Below, in pieces: positions 63,351 to 64,000 of a stretch of DNA of 64,000 bases. The stretch's first letter is position 1; each line of letters begins with the position of its first letter. The notes beneath the pieces were generated by a model. The model did not search any database and was not told the origin of the DNA. It worked only from the letters and a program-made list of their open reading frames with translations. Made by a program: the position numbers and the translations under genes. Source of the stretch: Phoronis australis (taxonomy: Eukaryota; Animalia; Phoronida); NCBI GenBank assembly GCA_002633005.1, contig NMRA01000002.1, positions 2,008,277-2,072,276 of the forward strand, in the 5' to 3' direction.

Positions 63351-64000
63351 ACTATTAAATTTGGCAGACTTGTACGATATAGGTGCAACTGGATGATGCC
63401 GTGGTTTGCATTTACGACGCAGTTTTAGAGGGGTAACGGACTATTTTCAATATTCAGTTTCAGGATGACACAAGATCAAACGTAACAGGGGAGACCAAGA
63501 ATTTTTAAAGGGAAGGGGTCGGACAAGGATTTTTAAAAGGAGGGTCTGCGTCAACAATTTGAAAATTATAGATTTGATATCCCTAAAATAAAGGAAAAAG
63601 GGGGCCGGGACCCCCTGTATCCGCCCAAGTATACGTACATGTAGACCAGTACGTACTGAAGGGTATCCCAGTGGCGGATCTACGTTTTCACCAAGGGGGG
63701 GTTTAGGATTCCCGCCAAGGTCGAATCCTAGGCTCGTGGCACCGAGCGTGGGGAGGTCGGGAGGGGGGTTTCCCCTCCCTTGTAAGATATTTTTTGTTTT
63801 TGTAGCCAAATAGTGAAATTTCCATGCACCCTGGTAAATTTCTGGCACACTTAACATGTCTCTGGAGTTTTTCTTAAGATAATTAAAAACCCTTCTCGAT
63901 TTCGTCACATGAACTTGGCACATAAGTTTCGTGAAACCATATTGTGCACATCTGGGTACGAGTCACGCCACCAGCAAAAGTTTTTGTTGGAACATCTGCT

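Overview
Animal (probably marine invertebrate) genomic DNA, AT-rich and intron-rich. I reconstructed three protein-coding genes by hand from splice sites and reading frames. (1) A + strand CDKL2/3-type cyclin-dependent kinase-like gene with 12 coding exons (855-40131, about 578 aa, TDY activation motif). (2) An intronless polypeptide GalNAc-transferase-like gene nested antisense in its 17.8 kb first coding intron (3537-5075). It keeps the fold, TM anchor and cysteines but has lost essentially every catalytic and lectin sugar-binding residue, so it is a candidate pseudoenzyme. (3) A convergent - strand 5-exon divergent non-RD protein kinase (59550-45089, about 760 aa; LND/DFS motifs, N-terminal Cys string, compact CRE-TATA promoter). 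The kinase's first intron holds a decayed Gypsy-type LTR retrotransposon with atypical features: ~115 bp LTRs with CGCCA...TGGCG termini, a 3-bp TSD, a tRNA-Leu PBS and an LEDD RT motif. The rest is MITEs, a LINE tail, a tRNA-derived element, hairpin-containing minisatellites, and several duplications joined at single N bases that look like uncollapsed haplotypes. All calls come from reading the sequence; no searches were run.
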